64,000 nt of DNA from an uncultured Dehalococcoidaceae bacterium (GCA_964558675.1 CAZLEY010000002.1:9359-73358), one strand, 5' to 3'; counted from the stretch's first letter, positions 1 through 9,357 are shown. Made by a program: numbers and translations. Notes: generated from the sequence alone by a model not told the origin.

Positions 1-421
1 TGACATTTCTGGTAATGGCAATGAGGAGCAGGACGATGCCGCTGCTTATGAGCAGTTCTACCGGTGTTAGAGCGACGAGTACGCCCAATACTGTGGCCGC
101 CCCCTTGCCGCCCTTGAATTTCAGGAAAACAGGCCAGTTATGCCCGATGATAGCTGCAAAACCGGCAACGCAAATCCATGCGAGAGAGAGGCCGAGCCAT
201 TTAGCCACGAGTACTGCCAGTGTACCCTTGATGATGTCCGCGGCCAGGACACCCAGGCCGAATACCGGGCCTATCTCACGGTATGTATTTAAGGCACCCA
301 CGTTGCCACCGCCGACGTCCCGGATATCGACCCCCTTCTTCAGGCGGGCGGCGATATAGGCAAAAGGTATAGAACCCAGAATATAGCCAATAACTATGGC
401 CGCAGTAACATTAAAATCCAT
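1..421 (-). CDS. plsY: Glycerol-3-phosphate acyltransferase PlsY, N-terminal part (C-terminus lies beyond the window edge)
   Basis: Not in the ORF track because it runs off the edge. The reverse complement from ATG at 421-419 reads MDFNVTAAIVIGYILGSIPFAYIAARLKKGVDIRDVGGGNVGALN. This matches the PlsY N-terminus and its GxGNxGAxN motif. Confidence 0.8.
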   Translation of the reverse strand, partial: MDFNVTAAIVIGYILGSIPFAYIAARLKKGVDIRDVGGGNVGALNTYREIGPVFGLGVLAADIIKGTLAVLVAKWLGLSLAWICVAGFAAIIGHNWPVFLKFKGGKGAATVLGVLVALTPVELLISSGIVLLLIAITRNV

Positions 422-1288
422 TTAATTATCCATCTGGCCTTCTGTGTAAAAAGCGACACCTACCGTCCCGGTGCCACAGGCATAGCCCATTACCGGACTG
501 AACTCGGCAAGCCATAGCTCGGTACAGTTAAATTCGGACGCTACGCGCTCTTTCAGTTTTTCCGCCTCATCCGGGGCATAGGCGTGCGTCACGGCAGCAT
601 GCACCGGATTATTACCAACCTTATCTCTCATCATCCTGAGGACACGCTCAATCCCCTGTTTTCTGTTTCTAGCTATACCGGCAAAGCTCACTACCTTGGA
701 TACAGTAAGAATGGGCTTGATGTTGAGTATCGAGCCTATCTGAGACGCTACCTTGGGTATACGTCCGGAGCGGTAAACATGGCGGATTGTATCCAGGAAA
801 ATAATGGCATGGACTCTATCCCTTATTTCCTCGGCTGTACGTACTACTTCCGGCAGGTCCTTACTTTCGGCGGCCGCCCTGGCGGCAGCTAAAGCTACCA
901 TACCTTCGGAAGGGGTTGCTGTATATGAGTCCACGACCTCAATTGAGGTATCAGGAAGCTCAGTTTTGGCCATCTCTTTAGCTTCCCGGGCGGCCTCATA
1001 CATCATGCTCAATTTGGCCGAGACGGTAATGCAGAGGATATTCTCGGCTTTCTGGCTGGCACTGCGGTAGCTTTGAAGGCAGTCTTCGGGTGAAGCTGCC
1101 GACGACTTAAAAGAATCAGGGTCTTTCAGGAATAGCTCGTATGCTTCAGAAGGAGTTATGTCTACCCAGTCCTTGTAGAGTTGGCCATCCGCGTAGAAGT
1201 TAATGGGGATAATCTCAATCCCGTACTGGTCAACCAGTTCCCGGGTGAGACAGGCGATACTATCCGTTACGATAGTCACCTTCGACAT
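422..1288 (-). CDS. DegV family fatty-acid-binding protein
   Basis: 288-aa ORF starting MSKVTIVTDSIACLTRELVDQYGIEIIPINF, a typical DegV N-terminus. It abuts the plsY start, so the two are probably an operon. Confidence 0.8.
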   Translation of the reverse strand: MSKVTIVTDSIACLTRELVDQYGIEIIPINFYADGQLYKDWVDITPSEAYELFLKDPDSFKSSAASPEDCLQSYRSASQKAENILCITVSAKLSMMYEAAREAKEMAKTELPDTSIEVVDSYTATPSEGMVALAAARAAAESKDLPEVVRTAEEIRDRVHAIIFLDTIRHVYRSGRIPKVASQIGSILNIKPILTVSKVVSFAGIARNRKQGIERVLRMMRDKVGNNPVHAAVTHAYAPDEAEKLKERVASEFNCTELWLAEFSPVMGYACGTGTVGVAFYTEGQMDN

Positions 1289-1312
1289 CAGTATTCTCCC
1301 TTATAATACGCT

Positions 1313-2266
1313 TCATGCATGTTGTTTAATTCTGGGGTTATCCGTACGCCTGCGTCTCCAGGGTAATATACAGCCGTGCCTGATACGGTGTTCCAGCAGC
1401 GCTGGAATCAGGAAAACCCCCCACATCACAAGCATCAGCCCCGCAAAACTAAGCGTGTTCAGTCGGCCGCTGGTATAATAAATCACCAGAGTTAGAGTCA
1501 GAATCCCCGATATGGCTAACAGGCCTATTCTCAAGTAGCGTTGTCGCAGGCGGAGGAATGTGGCTATGGTTAGCGCCAGAGTGATAAAGCTCAGCCCGAT
1601 CCAGGGGGCCAGGGAATAAACCTGCTGTACACTGTATTCGGTAAACCGGCCTGCCGGTGATATAGCCAGAAACCAGCCGATGATAATCGGTATCGGCAGC
1701 AGCATCAGAGAACTGAGAAGCCAGTCTTTCTTGGTTGTCTGAATGATTATGTGGATCAGCCACCATGAAGCGAGCGGGAGATATACGGGTATAGCCAGCA
1801 GCGACCAGCCTTTGGGTAGATAAAGCAGGAGGATACCGACGGCCAGTACGGGCAGTAAAGAGTAACCCAGCCACGAAAAAACCCAGTTCGGTTTGCCATG
1901 CCACCAACCGTAGATTGTCGTACCGAGTACCAGGGACAGCACTATCGTTAGCCAGCCGATATGGTGCCACCAGTTGAGAGCAAACAATGCACCGAAAAGC
2001 AGGTGGGGCATTGAGGTTAATAGGACATGCTTCCAGCTGCCCTGACTGTATGCCTCGTAGATTTGCCGGGCTACTGACGTTGGTGAGCCCAGCTGCCCCA
2101 AACAGGTCTCGATTGCTTCCTCTTCGGAAAGCCCGGAATCCGTCAATTCCTGGAGCTTATCTTCAATGTGTGTCTCAAGTTCACTGATGACTTCTCTTTC
2201 ATCAGAGGGGCTAAGCTTCGAAGTGTATCTGATACTCTCCAGGTAATGAGTTAATTCCTGTGTCAC
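1313..2266 (-). CDS. Multi-pass membrane protein with a soluble helical N-terminal domain (partner of PadR, DUF1700/HAAS-like)
   Basis: 317-aa ORF. It has a ~75-aa acidic helical N-terminus followed by about 8 hydrophobic segments, and lies 12 nt downstream of padR. Confidence 0.6.
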   Translation of the reverse strand: MTQELTHYLESIRYTSKLSPSDEREVISELETHIEDKLQELTDSGLSEEEAIETCLGQLGSPTSVARQIYEAYSQGSWKHVLLTSMPHLLFGALFALNWWHHIGWLTIVLSLVLGTTIYGWWHGKPNWVFSWLGYSLLPVLAVGILLLYLPKGWSLLAIPVYLPLASWWLIHIIIQTTKKDWLLSSLMLLPIPIIIGWFLAISPAGRFTEYSVQQVYSLAPWIGLSFITLALTIATFLRLRQRYLRIGLLAISGILTLTLVIYYTSGRLNTLSFAGLMLVMWGVFLIPALLEHRIRHGCILPWRRRRTDNPRIKQHA

Positions 2267-2278
2267 TGTCCATACCTC

Positions 2279-2629
2279 TTAAGGACTCGATGCCCCCGGT
2301 TGGATTATCAACTTCACGGCATTGAGGAAGTCCCGCCACTGGGTTCTCTCCGTGGCCATTTTGGCGGAGCCCTTGGCTGTAATATAGTAGTAGCGTCGTT
2401 GCCGGCCATTGGACAGCGTTTGCCACTTCCCCGTGACCAAGCCCGATTCCTCGAGACGGTGGAGGGCTGGATAAAGGGTGCCTTCTTTAAATTTAAAGTA
2501 GCCCTGGCTTCTTGATTCGAGCTCCTTAACAATCTGATAACCGTACATTGGCTGCTGCTCCAGTAAACAGAGGAGCAGGGAGTTGGAACTACTTTTTAAT
2601 ATATCACGTCTCGCTGCCACGAAAATCAC
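2279..2629 (-). CDS. PadR family transcriptional regulator
   Basis: Contains LLLCLLEQQPMYGYQIVKELE...GTLYPALHRLEESGLV, the winged-helix signature of PadR. Confidence 0.85.
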   Translation of the reverse strand: MIFVAARRDILKSSSNSLLLCLLEQQPMYGYQIVKELESRSQGYFKFKEGTLYPALHRLEESGLVTGKWQTLSNGRQRRYYYITAKGSAKMATERTQWRDFLNAVKLIIQPGASSP

Positions 2630-2845
2630 CTCGCCTGCTTTTATTTACTTAGATATTCTATGTATGTCAATACTATCAGAGATTCCTTGTATTTGCAAGA
2701 GGTTAGAATAATTATTCTTATATATTGTGTGCTGCTATGTCAATAGTCTACTTGAGGCGAGCCCTGTAAAATGCTATATTACGGTGAGACGGTCGTGTCT
2801 TGGACTCAACTTGAGTTGTCTATTAGGTTGTAAATATATCGCCTC

Positions 2846-2927
2846 GGGGAAGTGCCGGAACTGGCAGACGGGCCAGATTTAGGATCTGGTGCAGCGATGC
2901 GTGGGGGTTCGAGTCCCCCCTTCCCCA
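2846..2927 (+). tRNA. tRNA-Leu, anticodon UAG
   Basis: Acceptor stem GGGGAAG (2846-2852) pairs with CTTCCCC (2920-2926). Anticodon stem is CCAGA/TCTGG with loop TTTAGGA. T arm is GGGGG-TTCGAGT-CCCCC. A long variable arm marks a class II tRNA. No encoded CCA. Confidence 0.9.
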
Positions 2928-3009
2928 TTCCAAGGACTTAACGAATACTTTCATTTTTACAGTTTGTGGGACGCACCGGTTTCGTCTGTGGGTAAAAACC
3001 CATTCGGTT

Positions 3010-4470
3010 TCATGTCTTTATATTCCTGTCCAGGTATTCCAAAGCATTTTTACCGGCAATCCGGCCGGAATTAAGGGCAAAGGCCGATGAAAGCCCCGAG
3101 GAGTCCTTGATAGAGTAACTATCTCCATACATTCCGCCGGCGTCATAACCGGCAGCATACAGACCGGGAATAACCGTGCCTTTCTTATCTAATACTTCCG
3201 TTCGGTGATTTATCCTTATGCCACCGAGCGTTCCCAGGAAGACAGTGCGTGCCTTTATCGCATAGAATTTGGGCCCTTTTATCGGCCGGAGGTATTTCTG
3301 GTCCTTGGCGAAGAGTTCATCGTGCCCTTTTGCACAGTACCCGTTATACTCGTCAATTGTAGACTGTAATACCGTTGGGTCAGCCCCGATTTTCTCAGCC
3401 AGTTCCTGTATGGAATCCGCTTCGTAAACATCCGTGCTCTGGCTCTTCAGGGCGGCATCCAGTTCCCGTGCCAGGTCGGTAGTCCGCGAGCCGGGGGGGA
3501 AATCCATTATCAATGCCTTCTCAATGCCATTCTCGATGAGGTACTGCATTATCGCACTATCAAATATACTGAACGAATAGCAATCCTTCTGCCGGGCGTT
3601 GACATTGCCTATAGAAGTGTCATAAAACGCAACGCTTTCATCGCAGAATCGCACGCCCTGATTATCAACCCAGAGGTCAGGCTGGGCAGCAGCATTCTCA
3701 AGGTGCGACCCCATGACGAATTCAGGTCCTATCGGGCCGGCGCGAAATAGCTCAAGGATACCGAGTCCTTCTTCGGCGGCGCCGACCTCGAAGGCCATGC
3801 GGATGCCGTCCCCCATCTTGTCAACGTTGCCGATGGGAAGCAGATTTACATCCAGGTCGAAACCCGTATATTTCTTAATCCATTCCTTGTTGTTGGCATA
3901 CCCTCCACTGGCTATGATGACGGCTTTCGCCTTCAGGGGCACGTCCTCTTCGTTCTCCTCCACGATGACACCGGTAATGCGGCCGCCCGTTCTGGCTAAT
4001 TGCTTAACCGGCGTTGCCGGTAAGATATTTGCCCCTCGTTCCCTGGCCCTGTCGGTGAGAGCCTTTACAATTGCTTCTCCCTTTCCCTTTATAAGGTGAT
4101 ATGTACGGGGTGAATCGGGCATGTTGATGGCAGCGTCAGCGAACTCTACCCCTGCCTGCTGGAGCCAGCCGATAGTGGGTCCGGACTCGTTAACGATAGC
4201 CCTTACCAGACGAGGGTCAGCCCGCCAGTGGCTATATTCCATGATATTTTTAAATGCCTGGTCGCGACTATAATTGATGTACCTTTCGCGCTGCATATCG
4301 CTTTCTACGGCGAACGTTCCGTGAAAGAAGTTGGAGGTGCCCCCCAGCGCGCGCTCTTTTTCAAAAACAATGACTCTGGCACCGCCTTCCGCCGCGGTTA
4401 ACGCCGCCGCCAGGCCGGCGGCGCCGGAACCTACCACAACAACATCGGTTTCTGCAGTTATTTGACTCAT
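3010..4470 (-). CDS. Soluble FAD-dependent oxidoreductase of the fumarate reductase / urocanate reductase flavoprotein type (FAD_binding_2)
   Basis: N-terminal dinucleotide fold VVVVGSGAAGLAAALTAAEGGARVIVFEKERALGGTS and C-terminal AAGYDAGG motif. 486 aa. Confidence 0.7.
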   Translation of the reverse strand: MSQITAETDVVVVGSGAAGLAAALTAAEGGARVIVFEKERALGGTSNFFHGTFAVESDMQRERYINYSRDQAFKNIMEYSHWRADPRLVRAIVNESGPTIGWLQQAGVEFADAAINMPDSPRTYHLIKGKGEAIVKALTDRARERGANILPATPVKQLARTGGRITGVIVEENEEDVPLKAKAVIIASGGYANNKEWIKKYTGFDLDVNLLPIGNVDKMGDGIRMAFEVGAAEEGLGILELFRAGPIGPEFVMGSHLENAAAQPDLWVDNQGVRFCDESVAFYDTSIGNVNARQKDCYSFSIFDSAIMQYLIENGIEKALIMDFPPGSRTTDLARELDAALKSQSTDVYEADSIQELAEKIGADPTVLQSTIDEYNGYCAKGHDELFAKDQKYLRPIKGPKFYAIKARTVFLGTLGGIRINHRTEVLDKKGTVIPGLYAAGYDAGGMYGDSYSIKDSSGLSSAFALNSGRIAGKNALEYLDRNIKT

Positions 4471-4527
4471 TATTAACTCTCCTTTCGCAAGTTGAATCTG
4501 GTCCTTTTGCCTGATATTACTGCTATT

Positions 4528-6633
4528 TCAATAGTTACCCCAGAATTTGACCGGTGTAATCTTGAGCCTCAAATCGCATTGCAGACAGCGCTTCGCTTCA
4601 TTCTCTACTTCTTTTTCATCCATATCCTGCACCACCCGGCAGAAACTCTTTAATCGTTCTTCCATGGCAACGTGTGCGTCCCTGCATCGCTCCAGTGAAG
4701 CAAAACCATCCCACGGGCCGAGGTATGGCTTATCCTCTGAGCGGGGAGCCAGTTCTTCGTCGATATTTCCGCTGCCCTCCAGAAACCTGTCCAGGGCTAT
4801 CGCCGCTTTTCTCCCGGAAGCGATGGCTTTAATTACAGAGGATGGGCCGGTTACAGCATCGCCGGCGGCAAAAACTCCGTCCCGGCTGGTGGTATACGTA
4901 AATGAGTCCAGCTCAATAAGATTACTTGCCGAAGTATCAAGTCCGAAGCCATCAGGTATCTCCGGCTGCTGGCCTATCGCGAAAATCACCGTATCAGCTT
5001 CGAGGATATGACCGGAGCTTTCACGTGCCTCTATCCGTGGGGTATTATCTTCATCGAAAAAGAAAGATTCGACTTCAAGGCATTCCACGCCGGTGACCCT
5101 TTCATCTTCGCATAAAATCCGGGTAAAAGTACGGGCAGGGTAAAGGGAAACACCTTCCTCTTCGCCCTGTTTTATTTCATCGCTGGCTGCCGTCATAGCC
5201 TCTCTGGATTCGAGACAGGCTATCTTCACCTGCTCCGCCCCCAGTCTACGCGCCACGCGAGCGCAATCAAAAGCCACATTCCCTCCGCCCAGCACCAGGA
5301 CGCTTTTACCGATGCTGACCTTTTTCCCCAGATTAATATCCCTTAAAAAATCAACACCTGTTAATACGCCGGCATTATCGGCTCCGGGAATCGGGAGCTT
5401 TTGACCCCTATGAGTCCCTATCGCCACGATGATGCCATTATAGCCCTCTTCAAGGAGCTTTTCTATCGATTCGATACGGGCACCGGTCCTGATGTTTACA
5501 CCCGTATTCTCTATATACTTAATCTCGCTATCGAGCACCTCCCGGGGGAGGCGGTATCCGGGAATTCCAAAGCGCAGCATCCCTCCGGCGAGAGGCAGTG
5601 ACTCAAACACGGTTACCTCATGTCCCTGTTTTGAAAGGTAGCAGGCTGCCGTCAGGCCGGCCGGGCCAGCACCGATTACGGCCACCCTGTTGCCGGTGGC
5701 AGGTTTGCAGCTGGAATTCTTCTCCCATAGTTTTTCCTCATCATGTTCAGCCGCAAAGCGTTTAAGTTCTCTTATTGAAATCGGCTGGTTAATTTCTCCC
5801 CGGCGGCAAACATCTTCACAGGGATGGTCACACACATAACCAAGCACCCCGGGGAAGGGGGCCTTTTCTCTTATCACCGCTGTCGCGGCAGAGTAATTCT
5901 TTTCACCGATAAACCGCAGATACCTGGGGACATCTATTTCAGCCGGGCAGCCGTATTTGCAGGGAACAAGTGCCGCCTTTCGCTTTTTCCCTTCAACAAG
6001 CTCTTTCTTGTCCTGAATGGCGCCGGTAGGACAGACCTCGGCGCAGGCACCGCAGAACCGGCAACCGGAATCGGCAAGCGGTAAATCCGAAGCCGTACCG
6101 GTGATTGTTTCCTTGCCTTTCTTGACATAAAACAGGACGCCGACGCCGCGGAGCTCCTCGCATGCCCTCACGCACCGTCCACATGCCACACATTTATTGG
6201 GGTCATGTATAAAAAGCGGATTGCCGGAGTTTATCGGCAGTAATTTTGAACGCCTTCTTACGCTCAGCTCTTCAACGCCGAGATACTGCTTGAGCGACTG
6301 GAGTTCACAGTTAAGGTACTTATCACAGGAGCCGCAATCCGCCGGATGCCCGGCAAGCATCAGTTCCATGGCGAGCCGGCGCATGCGCTCGATACTCTCG
6401 GTTTTCGTCCTGACCGTCATGCCGTTTTCAGCGGGTGTTACGCATGACGGGTGAATTCCTTCAATTCCTTCAATCTCTACGATACACAACCGGCAGGCAC
6501 CGATGGGTGGCAGGTCGGGATGATGGCAGAGATGAGGGATGTAAATCCCTGCATCCAGGGCCGCTTCAAGGATACTCTTCCCCGCTTCTGTTTCAACATC
6601 GCGTCCATCTATATTGAGCTTAATGATTTCCAA
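4528..6633 (-). CDS. Fe-S fusion protein: NuoG-like 2Fe-2S N-terminus, 4Fe-4S ferredoxin motifs and a GltD/NfnB-like FAD/NAD(P)H module
   Basis: Motifs seen: CHHPDLPPIGACRLCIVE, CVACGRCVRAC, CRFCGACAEVCP, then CDHPCEDVCRRG, VAVIGAGPAGL and GGGNVAFDCAR. Confidence 0.75.
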   Translation of the reverse strand: MEIIKLNIDGRDVETEAGKSILEAALDAGIYIPHLCHHPDLPPIGACRLCIVEIEGIEGIHPSCVTPAENGMTVRTKTESIERMRRLAMELMLAGHPADCGSCDKYLNCELQSLKQYLGVEELSVRRRSKLLPINSGNPLFIHDPNKCVACGRCVRACEELRGVGVLFYVKKGKETITGTASDLPLADSGCRFCGACAEVCPTGAIQDKKELVEGKKRKAALVPCKYGCPAEIDVPRYLRFIGEKNYSAATAVIREKAPFPGVLGYVCDHPCEDVCRRGEINQPISIRELKRFAAEHDEEKLWEKNSSCKPATGNRVAVIGAGPAGLTAACYLSKQGHEVTVFESLPLAGGMLRFGIPGYRLPREVLDSEIKYIENTGVNIRTGARIESIEKLLEEGYNGIIVAIGTHRGQKLPIPGADNAGVLTGVDFLRDINLGKKVSIGKSVLVLGGGNVAFDCARVARRLGAEQVKIACLESREAMTAASDEIKQGEEEGVSLYPARTFTRILCEDERVTGVECLEVESFFFDEDNTPRIEARESSGHILEADTVIFAIGQQPEIPDGFGLDTSASNLIELDSFTYTTSRDGVFAAGDAVTGPSSVIKAIASGRKAAIALDRFLEGSGNIDEELAPRSEDKPYLGPWDGFASLERCRDAHVAMEERLKSFCRVVQDMDEKEVENEAKRCLQCDLRLKITPVKFWGNY

Positions 6634-6653
6634 AGCATGCTCCAGGCTTTAAC

Positions 6654-8321
6654 CTATTTGTTTGCCGGACATCTTTTTTCTCTAATATGGGCGTCATAAT
6701 CTTCTCGGAATAGCTTGATACTGCTCAAAACCGGAGCGGGTGCAGTTTGGCCAAGGCCACATATACTGCCGGTTTTCATTCCTTCGCCCAGCTCGGTCAA
6801 CAGGTCCAGGTCCTGAGGTCTGCCCCTGTATTCAGCGATATCTGTCAAAATTTCGGACATTTGAAAACTTCCCTCGCGGCAGAAAACACATTTGCCGCAC
6901 GATTGGGTCTGGATGTAAGAGATGGCGTCTCTGGCCATTTCTACCGCACATATATCGCCGTTGAAGACTTCAACCGTCCCCGAACCGATGATGGAATCGG
7001 CTTTTTCCATGGCCTCATAACTGACAGGAGTATCCAGAGAGCTGCCGGCAAAATACGCACCGGTCGGCCCGCCGAAATGCACGGCTTTAGTGTCTTTACC
7101 GTCCGGGGCTCCTCCCCCGATGTCCTGCACCAGAGTACGAAGAGTTGTTCCAAGGGGGACTTCAACGGTATATTTATGGGCTATCTGGCCGCAGAGGGTA
7201 ATAACTTTCGTCCCCCTGCTTTTTTCTGTGCCGATGCCGGAGGCCCATTCCGGATTATTCTGAAAAATAGCAGATACATTCGCCATGGTTTCGATATTGT
7301 TGATTAAAGTGGGCCTGTTTTTATAGCCATTGGTGGCCGGATAGGTCGTACGCAGGTAGGGAATTGCCTGTTTTTCCTCCAGAGTGCGCAGGAGCGCCGT
7401 CTCTTCACCCGCGACCAGGCAGGCGGATACTTCCTTTATTTCTATCTCCGCACTGAAATTAGAATCCAGAATATCTCTGCCCAGCAGGCCATACTTTCTC
7501 ATCTGTTCTAATGCCTTCCTGAGCGTTCTGACCGCATGAACATGCTCGCCGTTGACGCAAATAAAGCAATGAGAAGCTCCTGTGGCGTAGGCCCCGATTA
7601 AGAGGCCTTCCAGAACGGAGTGGGGGTCACCTTCCAGGAGAAGCCATGCGGTGAGAGCCCGGGGGTCGGCATCGACGGCATTGCAGACCGCATACTTTTC
7701 GCCGCCTTCAGCGTCGTGACAGATTTGCCATTTATCCGCCGTAAAAAAGCCGGCGCCGCCTCTGACTCTCAGGCCGGACTTTTTTAGCTCCCGGATGACA
7801 TCAGACTGCTTCATCTGCAAAGCCCGGGAGAGTCCGGAGTAACCTTTACCGTGTACGATATAGTGGTTGATGTTCTCGGGGTCGATATACCCGCAATTTC
7901 GCAGGGCTATCCTGTTTTGCAGTTTGAATAAAGGCAGTTCAGAGACATTCGGAATGCCGCTTAACTTTTTACTGCCGGTGCTGCAAAGGGCCATATCGGG
8001 TCCTGGGTTGTCTTTTATCAAATAGTCATTCACCAACTCCGAAGCCATTTCCTGAGTTACATTATTGTATATAACCGTAACAGCGGATTCACCTGGCTTT
8101 TCGATTAGTACAACAGGTTCAAGCTCGTAACAGCCGAGGGAACCGGTGGCGATAACTCTCGCTTTTATGCCGCATTTTTCGGTCTCTTTTTGAAAAGCGC
8201 TGAATACGCTGGCAGCAGCAGAGTTATCGGCTGACGAGGAGACGTAGATTTTTATGCAATCCCTGTCATTGAGATAATCGCATTCCGACTTAGCCCTGGT
8301 ATAAATTTGCTCAAAGTGCAT
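6654..8321 (-). CDS. NuoF/HydB-like flavoprotein subunit (51-kDa family) with a thioredoxin-like N-terminal domain
   Basis: 555 aa. Paralogous to the N-terminal half of the ORF at 55950. Has the C-terminal 4Fe-4S motif SCGKCVFCREG...CGLGQTAP. The FMN loop is atypical (RGGAGFFTADKW). Confidence 0.7.
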   Translation of the reverse strand: MHFEQIYTRAKSECDYLNDRDCIKIYVSSSADNSAAASVFSAFQKETEKCGIKARVIATGSLGCYELEPVVLIEKPGESAVTVIYNNVTQEMASELVNDYLIKDNPGPDMALCSTGSKKLSGIPNVSELPLFKLQNRIALRNCGYIDPENINHYIVHGKGYSGLSRALQMKQSDVIRELKKSGLRVRGGAGFFTADKWQICHDAEGGEKYAVCNAVDADPRALTAWLLLEGDPHSVLEGLLIGAYATGASHCFICVNGEHVHAVRTLRKALEQMRKYGLLGRDILDSNFSAEIEIKEVSACLVAGEETALLRTLEEKQAIPYLRTTYPATNGYKNRPTLINNIETMANVSAIFQNNPEWASGIGTEKSRGTKVITLCGQIAHKYTVEVPLGTTLRTLVQDIGGGAPDGKDTKAVHFGGPTGAYFAGSSLDTPVSYEAMEKADSIIGSGTVEVFNGDICAVEMARDAISYIQTQSCGKCVFCREGSFQMSEILTDIAEYRGRPQDLDLLTELGEGMKTGSICGLGQTAPAPVLSSIKLFREDYDAHIREKRCPANK

Positions 8322-8532
8322 TGATTTTACCTTAACTGGACGTTCTTTACCGGTAATGTGGTTGGGTTTTCAAGAAGAGCCAAGCATTCTACCTGCTACT
8401 GAAATATATTATCACTTTTTGGCATACGGTATCTATTTTAGATTTTATTTGCATATGGTTGCCAGGGGGTAATTTATGGATTCGGAATTAACGTCAATTG
8501 AATTTTTTGGAATCAGCATGTTACTTTGGTTT

Positions 8533-8832
8533 TTAATTTAATGCGGTATTTTGCCATAAAGTTCTGAAGGAGAAATAGAAGAATATGAGGAATGACAACC
8601 ATAAAGACTTTATAGAGTAGTAAAAAAGCCATCCGGCACTACCTGTCAGGCATACTAGAATAAGAATAAAAGCGGGAAGTGGCATATATTCAGGATGACT
8701 GAGAAAATATTGAATCAAGAGAAAATCGCCAAACCCACCGAAGGCAATTGAAAATATTGCGCTGATAATTTTCTCAGGGTTCCTGTAGGGAATATTATAG
8801 AGAGAAAAGCAAACAAATGCAAATAAAACCAA
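8533..8832 (-). CDS. Hypothetical small membrane protein (uncertain gene)
   Basis: 99-aa ORF with 3-4 hydrophobic segments in an AT-rich intergenic region. No recognisable family. Confidence 0.3.
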   Translation of the reverse strand: MVLFAFVCFSLYNIPYRNPEKIISAIFSIAFGGFGDFLLIQYFLSHPEYMPLPAFILILVCLTGSAGWLFYYSIKSLWLSFLIFFYFSFRTLWQNTALN

Positions 8833-8844
8833 CTAACCTGTGAT

Positions 8845-8873
8845 TTGACAGACTGGGGATAACAGTATATAAT
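8845..8873 (+). promoter_or_regulatory. Consensus sigma-70-type promoter of fur
   Basis: TTGACA at 8845-8850, a 17-nt spacer, then TATAAT at 8868-8873. Confidence 0.6.
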
Positions 8874-8876
8874 GTA

Positions 8877-8901
8877 TTTGCAAATGAATAGCATTAGCAA
8901 A
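8877..8901. promoter_or_regulatory. Candidate Fur box (imperfect palindrome) just downstream of the fur -10 element
   Basis: TTTGCAAATGAATAGCATTAGCAAA. The arms TTGCAAATG and CATTAGCAA differ by 1 mismatch. It shares the core TGCAAATGA-N3-GCATT with the site at 9362-9382. Confidence 0.45.
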
Positions 8902-9342
8902 AAATCACAGGTAGACCCAAGGGCCGTTGTCGACGCCACATTACATGACGCTGGAACGAGGGTTACCAGTCAGCGTGCCCTGATTCTGGAGATAATCCAA
9001 CGTGGGCAGGGACATCTTGACGTTGATGAGATACACCGCCGGGCCCGTGGCAGGCAACCCCGCCTCAGTCTGTCGACAGTGTACCGTACCATACAGGTAC
9101 TGAAAAAACTCGGTCTGGTAGAAGAGGTACACATTGATGCTACACGCCACCATTATGAGACGAAGCAGGCTGCTGACCATTATCACCTTATTTGTCTTAA
9201 ATGTGGACGGGTCATTGAATTTAGCTATCCGTTGGCTCGGCGAATAAAGAAGTCGGTTCCTGAAGCGAAAGACTTCGAAATCGTCAATATTGAGTTTCGG
9301 GCAACAGGATATTGCCCGAAATGCCGGACTAAAAGCCTATAG
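8884..9342 (+). CDS. fur: Fur family metal-uptake regulator
   Basis: Contains TSQRALILEII...HHYETKQAADHYHLICLKCGRVIEF...GYCPKC. The track start at 8872 lies inside the -10 element, so the in-frame ATG at 8884 is preferred. Confidence 0.8.
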   Translation: MNSISKKSQVDPRAVVDATLHDAGTRVTSQRALILEIIQRGQGHLDVDEIHRRARGRQPRLSLSTVYRTIQVLKKLGLVEEVHIDATRHHYETKQAADHYHLICLKCGRVIEFSYPLARRIKKSVPEAKDFEIVNIEFRATGYCPKCRTKSL

Positions 9343-9357
9343 TTTTTTTAGTCAATA

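Noticed and set aside
15-359. 114-aa plus-strand ORF at the window start.
   Set aside because: It is antisense to a clear PlsY coding frame. The product is Pro/Ala/Thr/Arg-rich low-complexity sequence, typical of a shadow ORF.
2889-3074. 61-aa plus-strand ORF.
   Set aside because: It starts inside tRNA-Leu and runs into the 3' end of the convergent flavoprotein gene. It has no ribosome-binding site and no recognisable motif.
2846-8321. tRNA-Leu as the integration site of a genomic island carrying the NuoF-like operon.
   Set aside because: No integrase, excisionase or duplicated tRNA 3'-end repeat was seen nearby. The downstream operon looks like core redox metabolism.
8872-8883. ORF-track start codon of fur at 8872.
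   Set aside because: This ATG is embedded in the TATAAT of a perfect consensus promoter. It would therefore not be in the mRNA if that promoter is used, so ATG 8884 is preferred.
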